Made by a program: the position numbers and the translations under genes
Notes under the pieces: model-generated
The model's database searches: none
What the model was told of the DNA's origin: nothing
Seen by the model: only the letters and a program-made list of their open reading frames with translations
Source: Octopus sinensis
Lineage: Eukaryota
Reading direction: 5' to 3'
Assembly (NCBI RefSeq): GCF_006345805.1
Contig: NC_043005.1
Coordinates: forward strand, 63,488,001 to 63,552,000
DNA: 64,000 nucleotides
In this document: positions 52,281 through 64,000 of the stretch, piece by piece
Layout of the letters: each line of letters opens with the position of its first letter
How positions within the stretch are numbered: position 1 is the first letter of the stretch

Positions 52281-53342
52281 AATAGAAAGTTTTAATCAGT
52301 TGGACACATTAATATAATTTTACTCAAATTCTCTAATAGAGCAAGAAGAAGGAGAAAGTCCATGTTGACTCAGAATATGCTACACTTCTAAGAACTGTAT
52401 GAAGTTTGTTAGAGTCATAGCTTGTAAATGATTGTGATTCACTTTGAATTTACTAGTCTTATTTTATCAACTACCAAATCTAAGGCTACAGGACAGTGTC
52501 TGTTTAGAATGGATACACAGAGTGAGTCGACAGTTTATAGGTGAGTATGGTCATAAATATTGTTAGGATTTTAGGAAATGTATAAGTAATTCTCTGTAAG
52601 GTGGGGATAGGAGAAGACCCTAAATCGAGATGTTAATTACCAGTTAGAGGGGCAAGACGCTAATAAAACCTATGAAGTTAATACAGAGGAATTTATCATG
52701 GGGTACAATGGATGATTGTATATAAACAATATTGTTATGTTGAATGAAGATAAAATTTAAGATTACTAAAAATGATATTATAACCAGAATAGATAAACTG
52801 TATGTACATAAAAAATTTCAACATTAGAAAGGGAAGATTACATGGAATTAGTTTAGTATTCATACGTGTACTTAATTAATTATTTACTTATAAGGTGGTT
52901 TCTATAAAAATTGCTCTGGGTGTTTACTTATGGAATACTGGGGCGATAAATCATGCTATCTTTATATTAGTTATAAGCTAAGATTCAGAAAAAATCGGAA
53001 AAATAAGTTATGCACAGATACATTCACATATGTCACTATGTGCACACATGTAAATATACACAAATTATTGTTCTTTATTATGGGTATGTTATAATCAACT
53101 CTTCAAGATTTAAGTAACTACAAAGTTTATATTTCTCTTTAAGAACGTTAATAACTTATAAGAGGTTAATTGGTAAAGATATCAAAATAAGAAAACACAA
53201 TAATAAGACATGAAAGAGAATAGTGAGAAGGAAAAATAGGAAAATATTAGATTTATAAGCACTAAAATTCACTCCATAATTGCTAATGGTGTCGTGGTTA
53301 AAAGCATGGGCTACTAACTCCAAGATTCCGAGTTAGATTGAA

Positions 53343-53413
<71 letters not shown>

Positions 53414-53425
53414 TAATAATAATAA

Positions 53426-53552
53426 AAAAATGAACGAACTATTGAGTTTGGTTTAATGGCCTACCAATGTATACTATGAGTTTCTTTGCCCTAGGAGTCG
53501 GGAAGACACTCGGCATGAAATGGAAGCAAATTTGAAAGAAGAAAAAAAAAGT
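53426..53552 (+). mobile_element. Short 3' fragment of a (TAA)n-targeting non-LTR element (R4/Dong-like)
   Basis: Unique sequence with an A-rich end, embedded in (TAA)n on both sides. Dong-type elements are known to target TAA repeats, but the clade assignment is an inference. Confidence 0.4.
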
Positions 53553-53562
53553 AATAATAATA

Positions 53563-53603
<41 letters not shown>

Positions 53604-53650
53604 TTGAAAATACCTTAGGAATGAGAACCCAGGTTCTAAATTTCCCTAAG

Positions 53651-53694
53651 ACACCTGATGAAGGCTGGAAGGTATATCGGTCGAAGTGTTGTGT
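53651..53694 (+). ncRNA. Minimal type I hammerhead ribozyme motif, mutated (GAAAC>GAAGU)
   Basis: acac CUGAUGA a ggcugg...ucgguc GAAG ug UU gugu. Stem I acac/gugu and stem II are intact. Confidence 0.7.
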
Positions 53695-53994
53695 TAACAA
53701 CAAACAAGATGCGGACAAATATCCGTCAAATGTAAATAATGTAAATAAAGTAAGAAACTATATATTAATTATTAAATTCGCATCATATACGACACTAAAA
53801 TTAATCACTCCTGTCCAGGTTCAAGTGCAGCACCTATAAATGCTAATTTCGAAAATATTTTAATGTACGGGTGACACTATGTACGCATGCTCTATTATTA
53901 ATTTTATTCACCTTATTTTGAGTTGTATGGATAATACCGCTCTGACTTGGTGCTTCAACTTAAGTCCCTGATTCAACTGAATCTCAATTATTTC

Positions 53995-54046
<52 letters not shown>

Positions 54047-54050
<4 letters not shown>

Positions 54051-54320
54051 TAATCCAAACAAGAAAGCACAAATAAACACAACAACGCGAGGACGTGGAA
54101 CAAATATAGTATTATTGGACGCTCAGGAAAGAAGGAAAGAAGGAGGGTTTAACGTTTCGAGAGGAGCTCTTCTTCGGAAACATAGGAGAAGGAAAGATCC
54201 AGAGAAGGGAAGACAGAGGAAAAAAATCGCCAACGGTACACACGAGGTTACATTTTGAAAGACCGGAAGGAATATATATACCTGAAGTACAGTGTGGGGC
54301 AGAGAGGACGGATGCTTTTG
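54047..54320 (-). mobile_element. HHR-bearing family H1, copy 3 (core mutated to CCGAAGA at 54147-54181), inverted relative to the adjacent PLE ORF
   Basis: Homologous to the copies at 20127 and 22459, starts at (TA)n. The extent beyond about 54256 is inferred. Confidence 0.8.
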
Positions 54321-54324
54321 AAAA

Positions 54325-54695
54325 AATCAGAAAATCATTAATTTTAGATGCAAACGCTAAAATAATAATAGTATACATAACTGTGCAGAAAATTCGCTTG
54401 TCCGATCATGAACCAATGTCTCCAAAGAAACATAATAATATAAATGCACAATTACCACACCCCAACCTATATAATACGTATACATAGGTGCCTCTGGAAA
54501 CCAATTCAAAGTCCGTCATCACAGCCACATCTCATCATTCTGAAAGATAAACAGATGACACGAAACTTCATTGGCACATCTAATTTGGAGATTGAAAGAA
54601 TAAAAAAATTAAATACAAAATAGATTGGTCAATAGTAAAAAAAAATGCACACCCATGTAATTTGCTATCCAAAAAATGTGATATTTGCTTTGAAA
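54325..54695 (+). pseudogene. Penelope-like GIY-YIG endonuclease relic (largely missed by the ORF track)
   Basis: Manual translation across stops and frameshifts: ACPIMNQCLQRNII/YKCTI...YIGASGNQFKVRHHSHISSF*KINR*HETSLAHLIWRLKE*/IKYKIDWSIVK..AHPCNLLSKKCDICFE. Confidence 0.85.
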
Positions 54696-54719
54696 TTTGC
54701 CAGAAATTTGGAAACGGCA

Positions 54720-55340
54720 TACTGTCCTGCTTGGCATTCGCACCGGAGGCTCCAAAACGAACATTTCAGAGTGTTTGGATGTCAATCCGAGGACATGTAC
54801 CGAGAGTGATAAAACTCAAACGTCCAATCAACATCATGGTATTTGGAGTGATCACCAGTGAAGGCGACGTTATGCCGCCATCCATCTTCTCACATAGCCT
54901 AGAGGGTAGCTGCTAGAAGACCTCTGTGTTTGGACTTTGCACCATGCCATACATGCAGGGGAACCCAGTCATAGCTGTCAGAAAATTTCTGCAAACATAT
55001 CACCCCTAACGACTGGCTACCTAACTCTTCAGACTGCAACCCCTTTGATTATTATGAGTGGGGCGCAGTAGAGCGAAAGGAAAAAAAAATCTCCTTGTGA
55101 CATTAAAAATGATTGAAGGTAAAGATTATGGCAACATTCACCAACATAGAAAAGGAGACCGTCCAGAAAAGTTACAGGAGTTCCCGAAGTCGTCAGGAAG
55201 CCATAGTTGAATCCAATAGCGATTTTTTTGAATAAATTTACTCTTTAGTATTTCAAAATATCTTTATGTAATTTTGGTAAAAATATCTGTTAAATTAACA
55301 TGTCAGTGTTACTTTCATTTTTGCGTAATTTAGACGACAG
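54720..55340 (+). pseudogene. Decayed Tc1/mariner-superfamily (maT/DD37D-like) transposase 3' part with right TIR
   Basis: PINIMVFGVITSEGDVMPP and DFAPCHT...WLPNSSDCNPFDYYEWGAVER. Ends in caccgcaccctg followed by TA. Confidence 0.8.
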
Positions 55341-55360
55341 TTTATTCACCGCACCCTGTA

Positions 55361-55424
<64 letters not shown>

Positions 55425-55631
55425 ATATATATAAAGATAAAACTTACATGAAAATGGATGCGTGGCGTTCAATCAAATAATAATATAAATAATATATATA
55501 TATAAATGCATATATACACACACATTTATGTACATGCATACATAAGTATGTAAGTATGCATATATGGGTACAGGACGTAACAAAACGTAATATATATATG
55601 CATGTATATATATAGACGTATATATATGTAT

Positions 55632-55666
<35 letters not shown>

Positions 55667-55899
55667 CATATATTCACACACACACACACACAAACACATA
55701 CACACATACACACACATATATACATGTATATATATATATACATATATATATATTATTTATATAAAGGGCATTACTACATATAAATGCCTCACACTATGAG
55801 GGACTCTTAAAGTCAAAACTACCATAAATACAGTGTACCAGAGGTTTTTTCACGCTGACTACTTGATAAATTCTTATAAAGATTTTATCCTACTTTTAA

Positions 55900-55970
<71 letters not shown>

Positions 55971-56283
55971 CCTGCATCAAAAGAAGGGCACACAGACACC
56001 ACCACCCCATGCACACATACCGATCTGCTCACAGATTAGTCAACGTATTTCTTTTTGTAAATGCATGCAATTTTTCGAGTATTCCACAGACAGAGGTACT
56101 GTAATCAAAATCATCCTGACAATGTGCGATGAGCCTATATCTATGAATAACGATGCCAACTATCGAACCGTCCGCTTTGTTTTCGTCCTCCATAAGATCC
56201 GAGTTGACCCAATGTTATAACAATACTTGCCTAAGGTTCCACACAGTAAAATCGAGCCTTGGTTGCATTATTGCGAAGCAAAC

Positions 56284-56359
<76 letters not shown>

Positions 56360-56360
56360 G

Positions 56361-56403
<43 letters not shown>

Positions 56404-56668
56404 CTCTCTATCTATCTATCTATCTATCATCTGTCTGTCTATCTGTCTATGTATGTATGTATGCATGTATGTATGTATGTATGTATGTATGTATGTATGT
56501 ATGTATGTATGTATGTATGTATGTATCTATCTATCTATCTATCTATCAATCATCTGTCTATCTGTCTATATATGTATGTATGTATGCATGTAAGTATGTG
56601 TGTATTTATCTATCTATCTACCTATCTAACTATCTATCTATGTCTTTCTCTCTCTCCCTCTTTCTCTT

Positions 56669-56720
<52 letters not shown>
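56284..56720. repeat. Compound (TCTA)n/(TGTA)n/(TC)n/(TA)n microsatellite
   Basis: Seen directly. It explains the long ORFs at 56153-56847. Confidence 0.95.
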
Positions 56721-56721
<1 letters not shown>

Positions 56722-59700
56722 CTATATACGCATACATATATTTTCACGCATAAACATTTGCATATATACTTTTCTGTAGTTATTTTCGATTTTCTTTTTA
56801 AACCAATGTTTTCTATGCATACTCTAATATTTATCTACTTTTATTAAAAAAATATCCTCTTAATATCATCGGATTGCAGAAATTTGCACATTTTTGAAAT
56901 ATTCGGTAAAAACTGCTGAATATTCATAAATGTGGTTTTTTATTTCAAAGATTATGTACAAGCAAAAGTAATTGTTTTTTTCCTGATGTCAGCTTAGTGA
57001 ATTCATATAAAGAACATCTGGTAATCGTAATGTATCTTTAAGCAAGAGAAGAATTCCGCTAGGATACTATTAAGATGCTAGTGTACAACCCCCCCCCAAA
57101 AAAAACCCCAACAATGATGGATAAATTAGTAAAGCACGTGATGTCTCGGTTTAAATTCCGAATTCGAGGAAGCTGGTTAAGCTCGATGCTAATGGGCAAG
57201 TTTATATGATGAGAGATAAATTCACTTGTGTGTGGCGAGAGGTGAAGAGTGTAACTCTCCACGTTTGGCCTGTCACCCGAGAGCGAAGGTGAGTGAGGAG
57301 GGAATTGGTGGTGTTGTTGGGGCTGTAGGTAAGTAATTATACCAGTAATTACCTGAGATAATTAGCCGAGATATCAACAAATAATATATTAATAACAGAG
57401 CATATTCGCATTAGCTATGTTGCTATTTTGTTCCTCTTGTACATCCAGATATCTGTTTTTATATATGTCTGTATATATATATTGGCCTGCTCGCTTATCC
57501 AGCGGGGTGGCGTCATTCGAAGGCTAAAACAATGCGAACGCATTGTGACCAGCGATGTGTAACAACATCTGATGGTCTGGTCGGTCAAAGGAATGAGGAA
57601 TATATATATATATATATATATACTATGTATATATGTATATGGCCGGATGAACCATACACGAGTAAGCAACTCACTATAAAAAAAATTATAAGTGTGTGTG
57701 TGTTCAAACACGTAAACTTACATATATGTATAGTATGTGGTGGTGTTAATTTGTGCCTTTTGTAACTTTTCATCTCCGAAAGGAGATGCAGAGGAACCGA
57801 CATGAGGTACGGCTTCTAGTAAGCATTTAATCTTGGTGGAACACTTCACTGTTTCATTTGATAACAGATGATATCATCTGGAGAGAAAGAGAGAAACATA
57901 ATGAGAAGAAGAAGATAATACTTTATTTATCGATTCTGAAAATGATGAAAAGTGACTTTTGAACTCAGAGAGCCTTAAACTTAGAAGCATAATTATGTTT
58001 AAATACATTATTATTAAAACAGAAGCTGTACTTTTTAATTGTTGCTCTTTCTAAAATTAATCAATAAGAGAATGCTTGTAATGCGTATATACCCAACGGA
58101 AACTCTATGTCAAGGAACATTTGAGCATCAGACGAAACGCCAGGTGGTATTTAGTTATAGAGCTTTAACGTTTGAATTCAAATCCCGCTGAGGTTAACTT
58201 TGCTTTTCATCTTCTCAGGATCGATAAAATAAACATCAGTTAAAACAACTAAATTAGTTCTTTTTTTTCCTTAAAAATCAATAAGACTGATAAACTATTG
58301 ATGGATACTACTAATCAGTGATTATTAACCATTAGCTCTGTTACTATACCTCTCATCACCATTGGTGTGTGGCGAAATAAATATCAATGATAACACATGA
58401 TCTGACTGGGAGAGGACGTGACCCAACCAAACTTGCTGGCTCTGATTCTAATGAGAAGAGAATCTGTGATGATACAAACGTTGATTACGAGCTCAGCATT
58501 AACGTTGACTGATAAATAAATCTTTATAGCATGACTAACTGTGATTATATACATAAAATCGGCAACACCTCTAAGATTATCAAACATGAAAACATGTTAC
58601 GAATTATGATAGAAGCTAAACATTTGACAGAATAACATTTAAACTATCATACATTTATCTACATTTACTGACGTGAATATTGCAGCTGGTTTAGTCGACA
58701 GGCTGCTAGACTAACACTTAATGGTTCAATAATTTGTATATTCTCATCATCTCTACCTAACGAGTTCGTCAAAATGTAAAGAGGTTCTGTGCGACGATGC
58801 AACACGCAGATGTATGTAGAGGGAAAAGTATATAAAGTTAGTGATCGTTACATTACGTAATTACTTTCAAAACTTCCTATAGACTTGAGTGATGATTAAT
58901 AATTCTTAATATTAGAGGTGTTTCAATCAACCGTAACATAGCCAAGATCCGAAATACACTAAATGTGAATTAAATAACTAAAAGCAAATTAAGTAAACCA
59001 TTAGAGATAGTAAAAAGACAGGTAATCAACCACAAATTTTAAAATATGTCGCAAACATAGAATTGTTAAAAAGTTATCTTTGCAATGATGTAATGTTTTA
59101 GGTTCGCCAATACCACAAAACAACCTTGGAAAATGTCTCGTCTACTAAAGGCTCGGGCTGACCCAGGTCTTTCACAAAATTGATTTCTGATTAGTATGAT
59201 CGCTCAAAAAACTAATGTGCCTATGAAACAAAGGAGAGCAATCAACGTTGTTCCTACGTGTGTTGGAATTTCCACATACTTAGGTATGTTGTTTCTTGCA
59301 GAAATAACAACTTGCCTATAAATTCCATAATTAATAAACTGCAATAAGATGAGGAAACGTATGTTGTGTGTGATTTTTATAAGTCCATATCTATTAGCAA
59401 TTGCATATAATTTATTACCAACTTTCTTTTCATCATCTTTCAAAAGTCTGTTCGTTTTTTTAATTATTACTTTGTAATTAAATAATAACTTGCATGTTTA
59501 GCATAAAATACTATTTACATTAAAATCTAAGACTCTTCTGCAATGTCGCCAAGTTTCACAATAATTTGACCATACCTGACATACTACGAGGGGCTCGTTA
59601 CGAGTTGTATCGAGCATCACAGTGTACATACGGCTCTGATACGATCTCTTCTCTGCATATTCTTTCAGGCTACGAAGCTGCTACTCAGCTCTGAAAAAGC

Positions 59701-59739
59701 AGCTTGACTACAGCTTGTTTCAAGTTACACAGGGGCATA

Positions 59740-60520
59740 TCATCATCCACTAAGGGATAATCTCAACTGGTTATGGTCAAGCAACTGACAAGCAAATCTG
59801 TGGTACTGAGCAAGATATTTGCTGTGGCAAAATATTTGCTTGTTGTACATCAAGAAGAAAAAAGGAACGTGTTTAGATTACCAATGAGTTCAATCAGTCA
59901 AGATCAGAAACCACGAGAGTTACTGCCTGGTATTGTATCAGGGCGTTTATTATTGCGTGAGAAAGCTGTTCATACCATCAAGGTGACACTGGGGTACAAA
60001 TATACAAAGCCTAATACACCCATCATGACTCCCCGTCTGATAAGGATACACCAGGCACATGCATCACAACCATATGTGCGCGACATGGTGATCTCATATT
60101 AAGATAAACAGCGCATGACCTTGCAGGTGGTTGCCCAGTTAGAATTATCTTGAGGTCAAGTAGCTCATCCCGCTAAAAAGGTCCCTGAATAAGGGATGTT
60201 TAAGGATGTTGAACAAAACACCCATGTTTCCAGAGGTGAATTATCCAAACCTCAAAGAATTCCTCTCAACAAATGGCTATGATGCTCCCCCACTACTTCT
60301 ACTCGTAATCAAAGATGCACATAGCTTCACCCACTTAGGGACATGCTCAACTGGTTAAGGTCAAACAACTGACAAGCAAATCTGTGGTACTGAGCAAAAT
60401 ATTTGCTGTAGCTTATCATTTATACTAAGACAAAACAATGTACATGATAACACTTCCAGTCAGTTAAAATCAGAAGCTATGAGAGCCACTGCCTGGTACT
60501 GCATCAGGGCAATAAGGCAT
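59740..60520 (+). mobile_element. Unclassified interspersed repeat with a duplicated ~200-bp 3' segment, ending at (ATT)n
   Basis: 59745-59955 and 60330-60525 share ctcaactggtta.ggtcaa.caactgacaagcaaatctgtggtactgagcaa and ctgcctggta.tg.atcagggc. Confidence 0.7.
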
Positions 60521-60530
60521 TTATTATTAC

Positions 60531-60628
<98 letters not shown>

Positions 60629-60703
60629 TATTATTATTATACACAGAAAAGATGAGAATGTTGGAAAATTATTATTATTATCCTTATCAATATTATTATT
60701 ATC

Positions 60704-60957
60704 GAAGGCGTTGAGCTGGCCGAATCGTTAACATACCGAGAAAAGCTTTGAGTTCAAATTCCGCTGAGATGAACTTTGCCTTTCATCCTTTCGGAGTCGA
60801 TAAAATAAGTACCAGTTGAACACTGGGGTTGATGTAATCAACTCATCCCAACCTTCCCCGAGCTTCTCTTGTGGCAAAAATTTGAAATAATAATTATTAT
60901 TCATATATACAGAACAGATTAGAATGTTGGAAAATTATTATTGTTATTATTATTATA

Positions 60958-61008
<51 letters not shown>

Positions 61009-61555
61009 GAAGGCGGTGAGGTGACAGAATCATTTGCACCCCCGGCGAAATGTTTAGCGGCATTTCGTCCGTCTTCAGGTTCCGAATTCAAATTCTGCCG
61101 ATATCGACATTGCCTTTAATCCTTTCAGGGTCGATAAATTAAGTACCACTTGAGTACTGAGGTCGATGTGATCCCCTTACCCACAAAATCCAGGCCTTGT
61201 GCCTGTAGTAGAAAGGATTATTATTGTTAGTGGTGTTACTATTATTAAGGCAGCGAGCTGAAAGTCGACTTTTCTCCTCCCCCAAAATTGGTGGCCTTGT
61301 ACCTCAATTTGAAACCATTATTGTTATTATAATCGTTAAGACAGAAAGCTGGCTGAATCGTTAACACGCCGGGCAAAATGCTTAGAAATATTACGTCCGT
61401 TCTTATGTTCTGAGTTCAAATTCCACCGAGGTCGACTTTATCCTTCAGCCTTTCGGTGTTGATAAAATGAGTACCAGTTGAGTATTAGGGTCGATGTTAC
61501 TATTCAATTGCCCCAACTATATTTCAGGCCTTGTGCCTACAGTAGAAAGGTTATC
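60704..61555 (+). mobile_element. Cluster of four SINE family A copies or fragments in (ATT)n
   Basis: Heads at about 60704, 61010, 61246 and 61337. The flank agaatgttggaaaattattatt is duplicated at about 60655 and 60921. Confidence 0.8.
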
Positions 61556-62906
61556 ATTATTTCTCACAGCCAACTGCGATATTTTTCCAATTTTCGGACA
61601 AGTTCTCCAGTTTGAGGACAACACCTTATTTTGATGCACTGTTCCTTCCCTATTGCTCTAGTTCCTACCTGAATTTTCTTTCGCCAGTTCCTACTCTTCT
61701 GAAATTATTAATTATTATTTTCAATTTTGTGAAATCTCTATATAAAACTAGCAACAATGTTTGATTCGTTATCCACAACATTTCAAACAATTTGCAAGGA
61801 AAATGTAAACAGGGTTGTCTTATTTCTTCTTTCTTTTTTTTTTTTTAATATTTATCTTCTTTAACCTATAACAAGCGATTTTCAGCTAAATGCATACTTG
61901 ATTTTGCAGATTCCAAAATGTATAAAATTGTGTAACTATATTTTTACCAAAGAAAAAATATAATTTATTGCAAACAGAGTTAATACAGATGACTTTTGTA
62001 CATTCATAGTCTCGAAAATTGTAGTCACATAGCAATACACTTTCTCTCGTCATGTATTCAGTTATTCAGTTTCTTTTAAGACAAACATTGGAATAAAACA
62101 GAATTGTATCATACTCTCCTCTTGTGTCTTTTGTTTCAATATTTCTATATTTGGAATAGATCAAATAAACTAGCTATATTCCACTGTTGCCTTTAGTAAT
62201 ATGCCTAAAACTACATTTTTCGTACTTGAAAAGAAATAAGAATCTATAAAAACCTTCTTTTTAATAAAGCATAAAACTCATAAAGAGATGATCTTAGTAG
62301 AATTCACTTTGATCTTGTAATGTAACTGGAGACGTAATATATTTGCATAATATGTTGATTTCCAAATATTTATAAATATTTATAAATGAATGAAATAATA
62401 TATTCTAGTGTGAGGATATTTGATCTTGATTCTGTAAAAACCCACTACAACTCAATTTCTAGTTTCTTCGGTGCATTACCGCAATATCAAGCTTTATCAC
62501 CTACAATTCTCGACTGCTATGTAAATGGTAGCAATATTCCAGGGACTTCAGACGTACCTATAGCTCTTTATAGTTAAGTGGAATCTGGCATTTAATGCAG
62601 TGAAGTGGGAAGCGCAAAAAAAAAAAGTGTCAAAATTATTCCCGTAGGCGAAAGAAATGCTATTAGTGTTTTTGATGATTCTCGTCAGAAAAAGTAAGGC
62701 GGACAACTCAGAAATCTAAATAAGAATTGAGCTTGCAGTGGAGAGGGAATTTTGTGTTTGGTACGTATAGCACCGGATATGTTTTGGTTTTAATGCATTC
62801 ATTATGATATTAGTTCTCCTCATAATAGTGTACTTATTTTATATTGGTTTAAGACTATAAAGTAAATTCAAAGGAAAAAGGTTTTGAGTACGTAATTGTC
62901 ACTGAA

Positions 62907-63185
62907 GGGGCGTAGTGGTTTTGCGTTAGGGCTAGCAATTGTTAGGACTTGAGTTCGACTCTCGTACCGAGCAAAGTGATGTGTTCTGGAGTAAGATACA
63001 TGATTTCAGGTCGTTCAATGAACACAGCTGGAAATGAGTGCCAGTGATAGCTGGGAGACTCAGGTTAACCTCACAACGGACAGTCTTGTTCAGGAGGGAG
63101 TCTTGTACTCTCATTTAAACACCACGCAAAATGAAATAAACCTTGGTCTAATGAGTTTATACCTCAAGACAGAATTTGTCTTTAC
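62907..63185 (+). mobile_element. Old tRNA-derived SINE
   Basis: A box ggcgtagtgg, B box gagttcgactc and a CORE/Meta-like middle. Decayed. Confidence 0.6.
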
Positions 63186-63399
63186 ATGAATAGACAAGAT
63201 TATATCCCATTGGTACAAACAACTCTAAAGAGTCAAATAAAGTTTGTTGAACTGTCCCAATATGTATCTAGTGGTCATTCTATCAACATAAGGAAGTTAT
63301 GTCCCCTCTAAAAGAGTGTTAATCCTGTATGTAGACCTAAGAGAGTAGCGATCAAATGTTTCTGCTAATCTACTTCCTTCTCCACGTAATATAACCCTT

Positions 63400-64000
63400 A
63401 TAAACATATTCAACCGGACTGGATGCGAATCATTTGGACGATCCTTCTCTCTAGTTATAAAATTCACACATGTATGTTGATATGAAAATTAGGTGGCTGA
63501 TGATGAATTCTCTTTAATAGCTATCTTCTTGGTCTCCATCCTAGCGGCCTCCATGTTGCCACTGTGCACCAGTAAATAGGTCCCCGGAGAAAGTGTGTGC
63601 ACTGAACCTTTATCTAAGTTTTATCAGATTACAACAAGTTTCATCCTGTCAACAAACTGGGTGAAAAAAAAAAGAAAAGTGTTTTTACTGGTTTAGAATA
63701 TTGTCAGCATATCAGAGTAGACAAGCACCACCATTCTCTTCCTTCCAATCGAGTGATAACAGCCGCGGTACACATTCTGCACCCATTTTCCGATATTCAA
63801 AGCCTTCCATCATCTTCTGCAAAGTATTATGACAGACTCCAGTTGTGCAGCAAGCTCACAGTTTGAAACTCATGTGTCTGCGTGAATCAGTTCGTCCGAT
63901 AGCCAGTAATTCGTATCAGCGACCGCAATTGATGGCCTCCCACTACATGATTTGTTTTCAATGCTGGTTTCCCTTTATTACGTTTCTTCATCTTTCAATG
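63400..64000 (-). pseudogene. Decayed mariner transposase, same family as 50040-51026, running off the window
   Basis: Minus strand: ETSIENKSCSGRP...LIHADT*VSNCELAAQLE...YRKMGAECVPRLL and a GDET-like remnant. Confidence 0.75.

Larger units (their letters stand above)
53283..53748 (+). mobile_element. Composite: tRNA-like head, (TAA)n, nested LINE 3' end, (TAA)n, HHR-containing tail
   Basis: Head tggtgtcgtggttaaaagcatgggctactaactccaagattccgagttagatt with degenerate A and B boxes. The tail at 53603-53748 contains the HHR and ends in (aatgtaaat)2. Confidence 0.65.

Noticed and set aside
54481-54605. In-frame TGA codons in the GIY-YIG relic as possible selenocysteine (as in Naiad PLEs)
   Set aside because: They are not at Cys positions, are explained by CGA>TGA decay, and occur alongside a TAA and frameshifts.
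55785-55840. cactatgagggactcttaaagtcaaaac...cagtg as a decayed HHR near (TA)n
   Set aside because: Both core boxes would need repair. Too degenerate to support from one copy.
57240-57335. GC-richer stretch ending in a perfect donor AG|gtaagt
   Set aside because: It is an isolated motif with no supported ORF or acceptor partner.

Overview
AT-rich, microsatellite-dense eukaryotic (animal) non-coding DNA. The SINE families and repeat landscape suggest an octopod cephalopod (inference). No intact host protein-coding gene could be identified. Most ORFs in the track are artefacts of (TA)n, (CA)n and (TATG)n tracts or of SINEs. The window is a mosaic of three or more tRNA-derived SINE families (about 35 copies or fragments, including a five-unit tandem array), decayed LINE ends, and decayed DNA transposons (mariner x2 plus a MITE, a Tc1/maT-type relic, a hAT-like transposase, hAT-, MULE- and Helitron-type non-autonomous elements). 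It also holds two Penelope-like element (PLE) ORF relics. The strongest hidden signal is RNA structure. At least five sequence-unrelated repeat families carry type I hammerhead ribozyme (HHR) motifs with a short palindromic stem III, and two copies (22562-22596 and 52189-52274) have intact catalytic cores. Most of these elements abut (TA)n tracts, several form fold-back palindromes, and one sits inverted against a PLE GIY-YIG relic. One element joins a tRNA-like Pol III head to an HHR tail, a candidate PLE-mobilised ribozyme SINE. A CpG-depleted left part (to about 16.5 kb) suggests a methylated gene body. Coordinates of decayed repeats are approximate, and all alignments and counts were done by eye.
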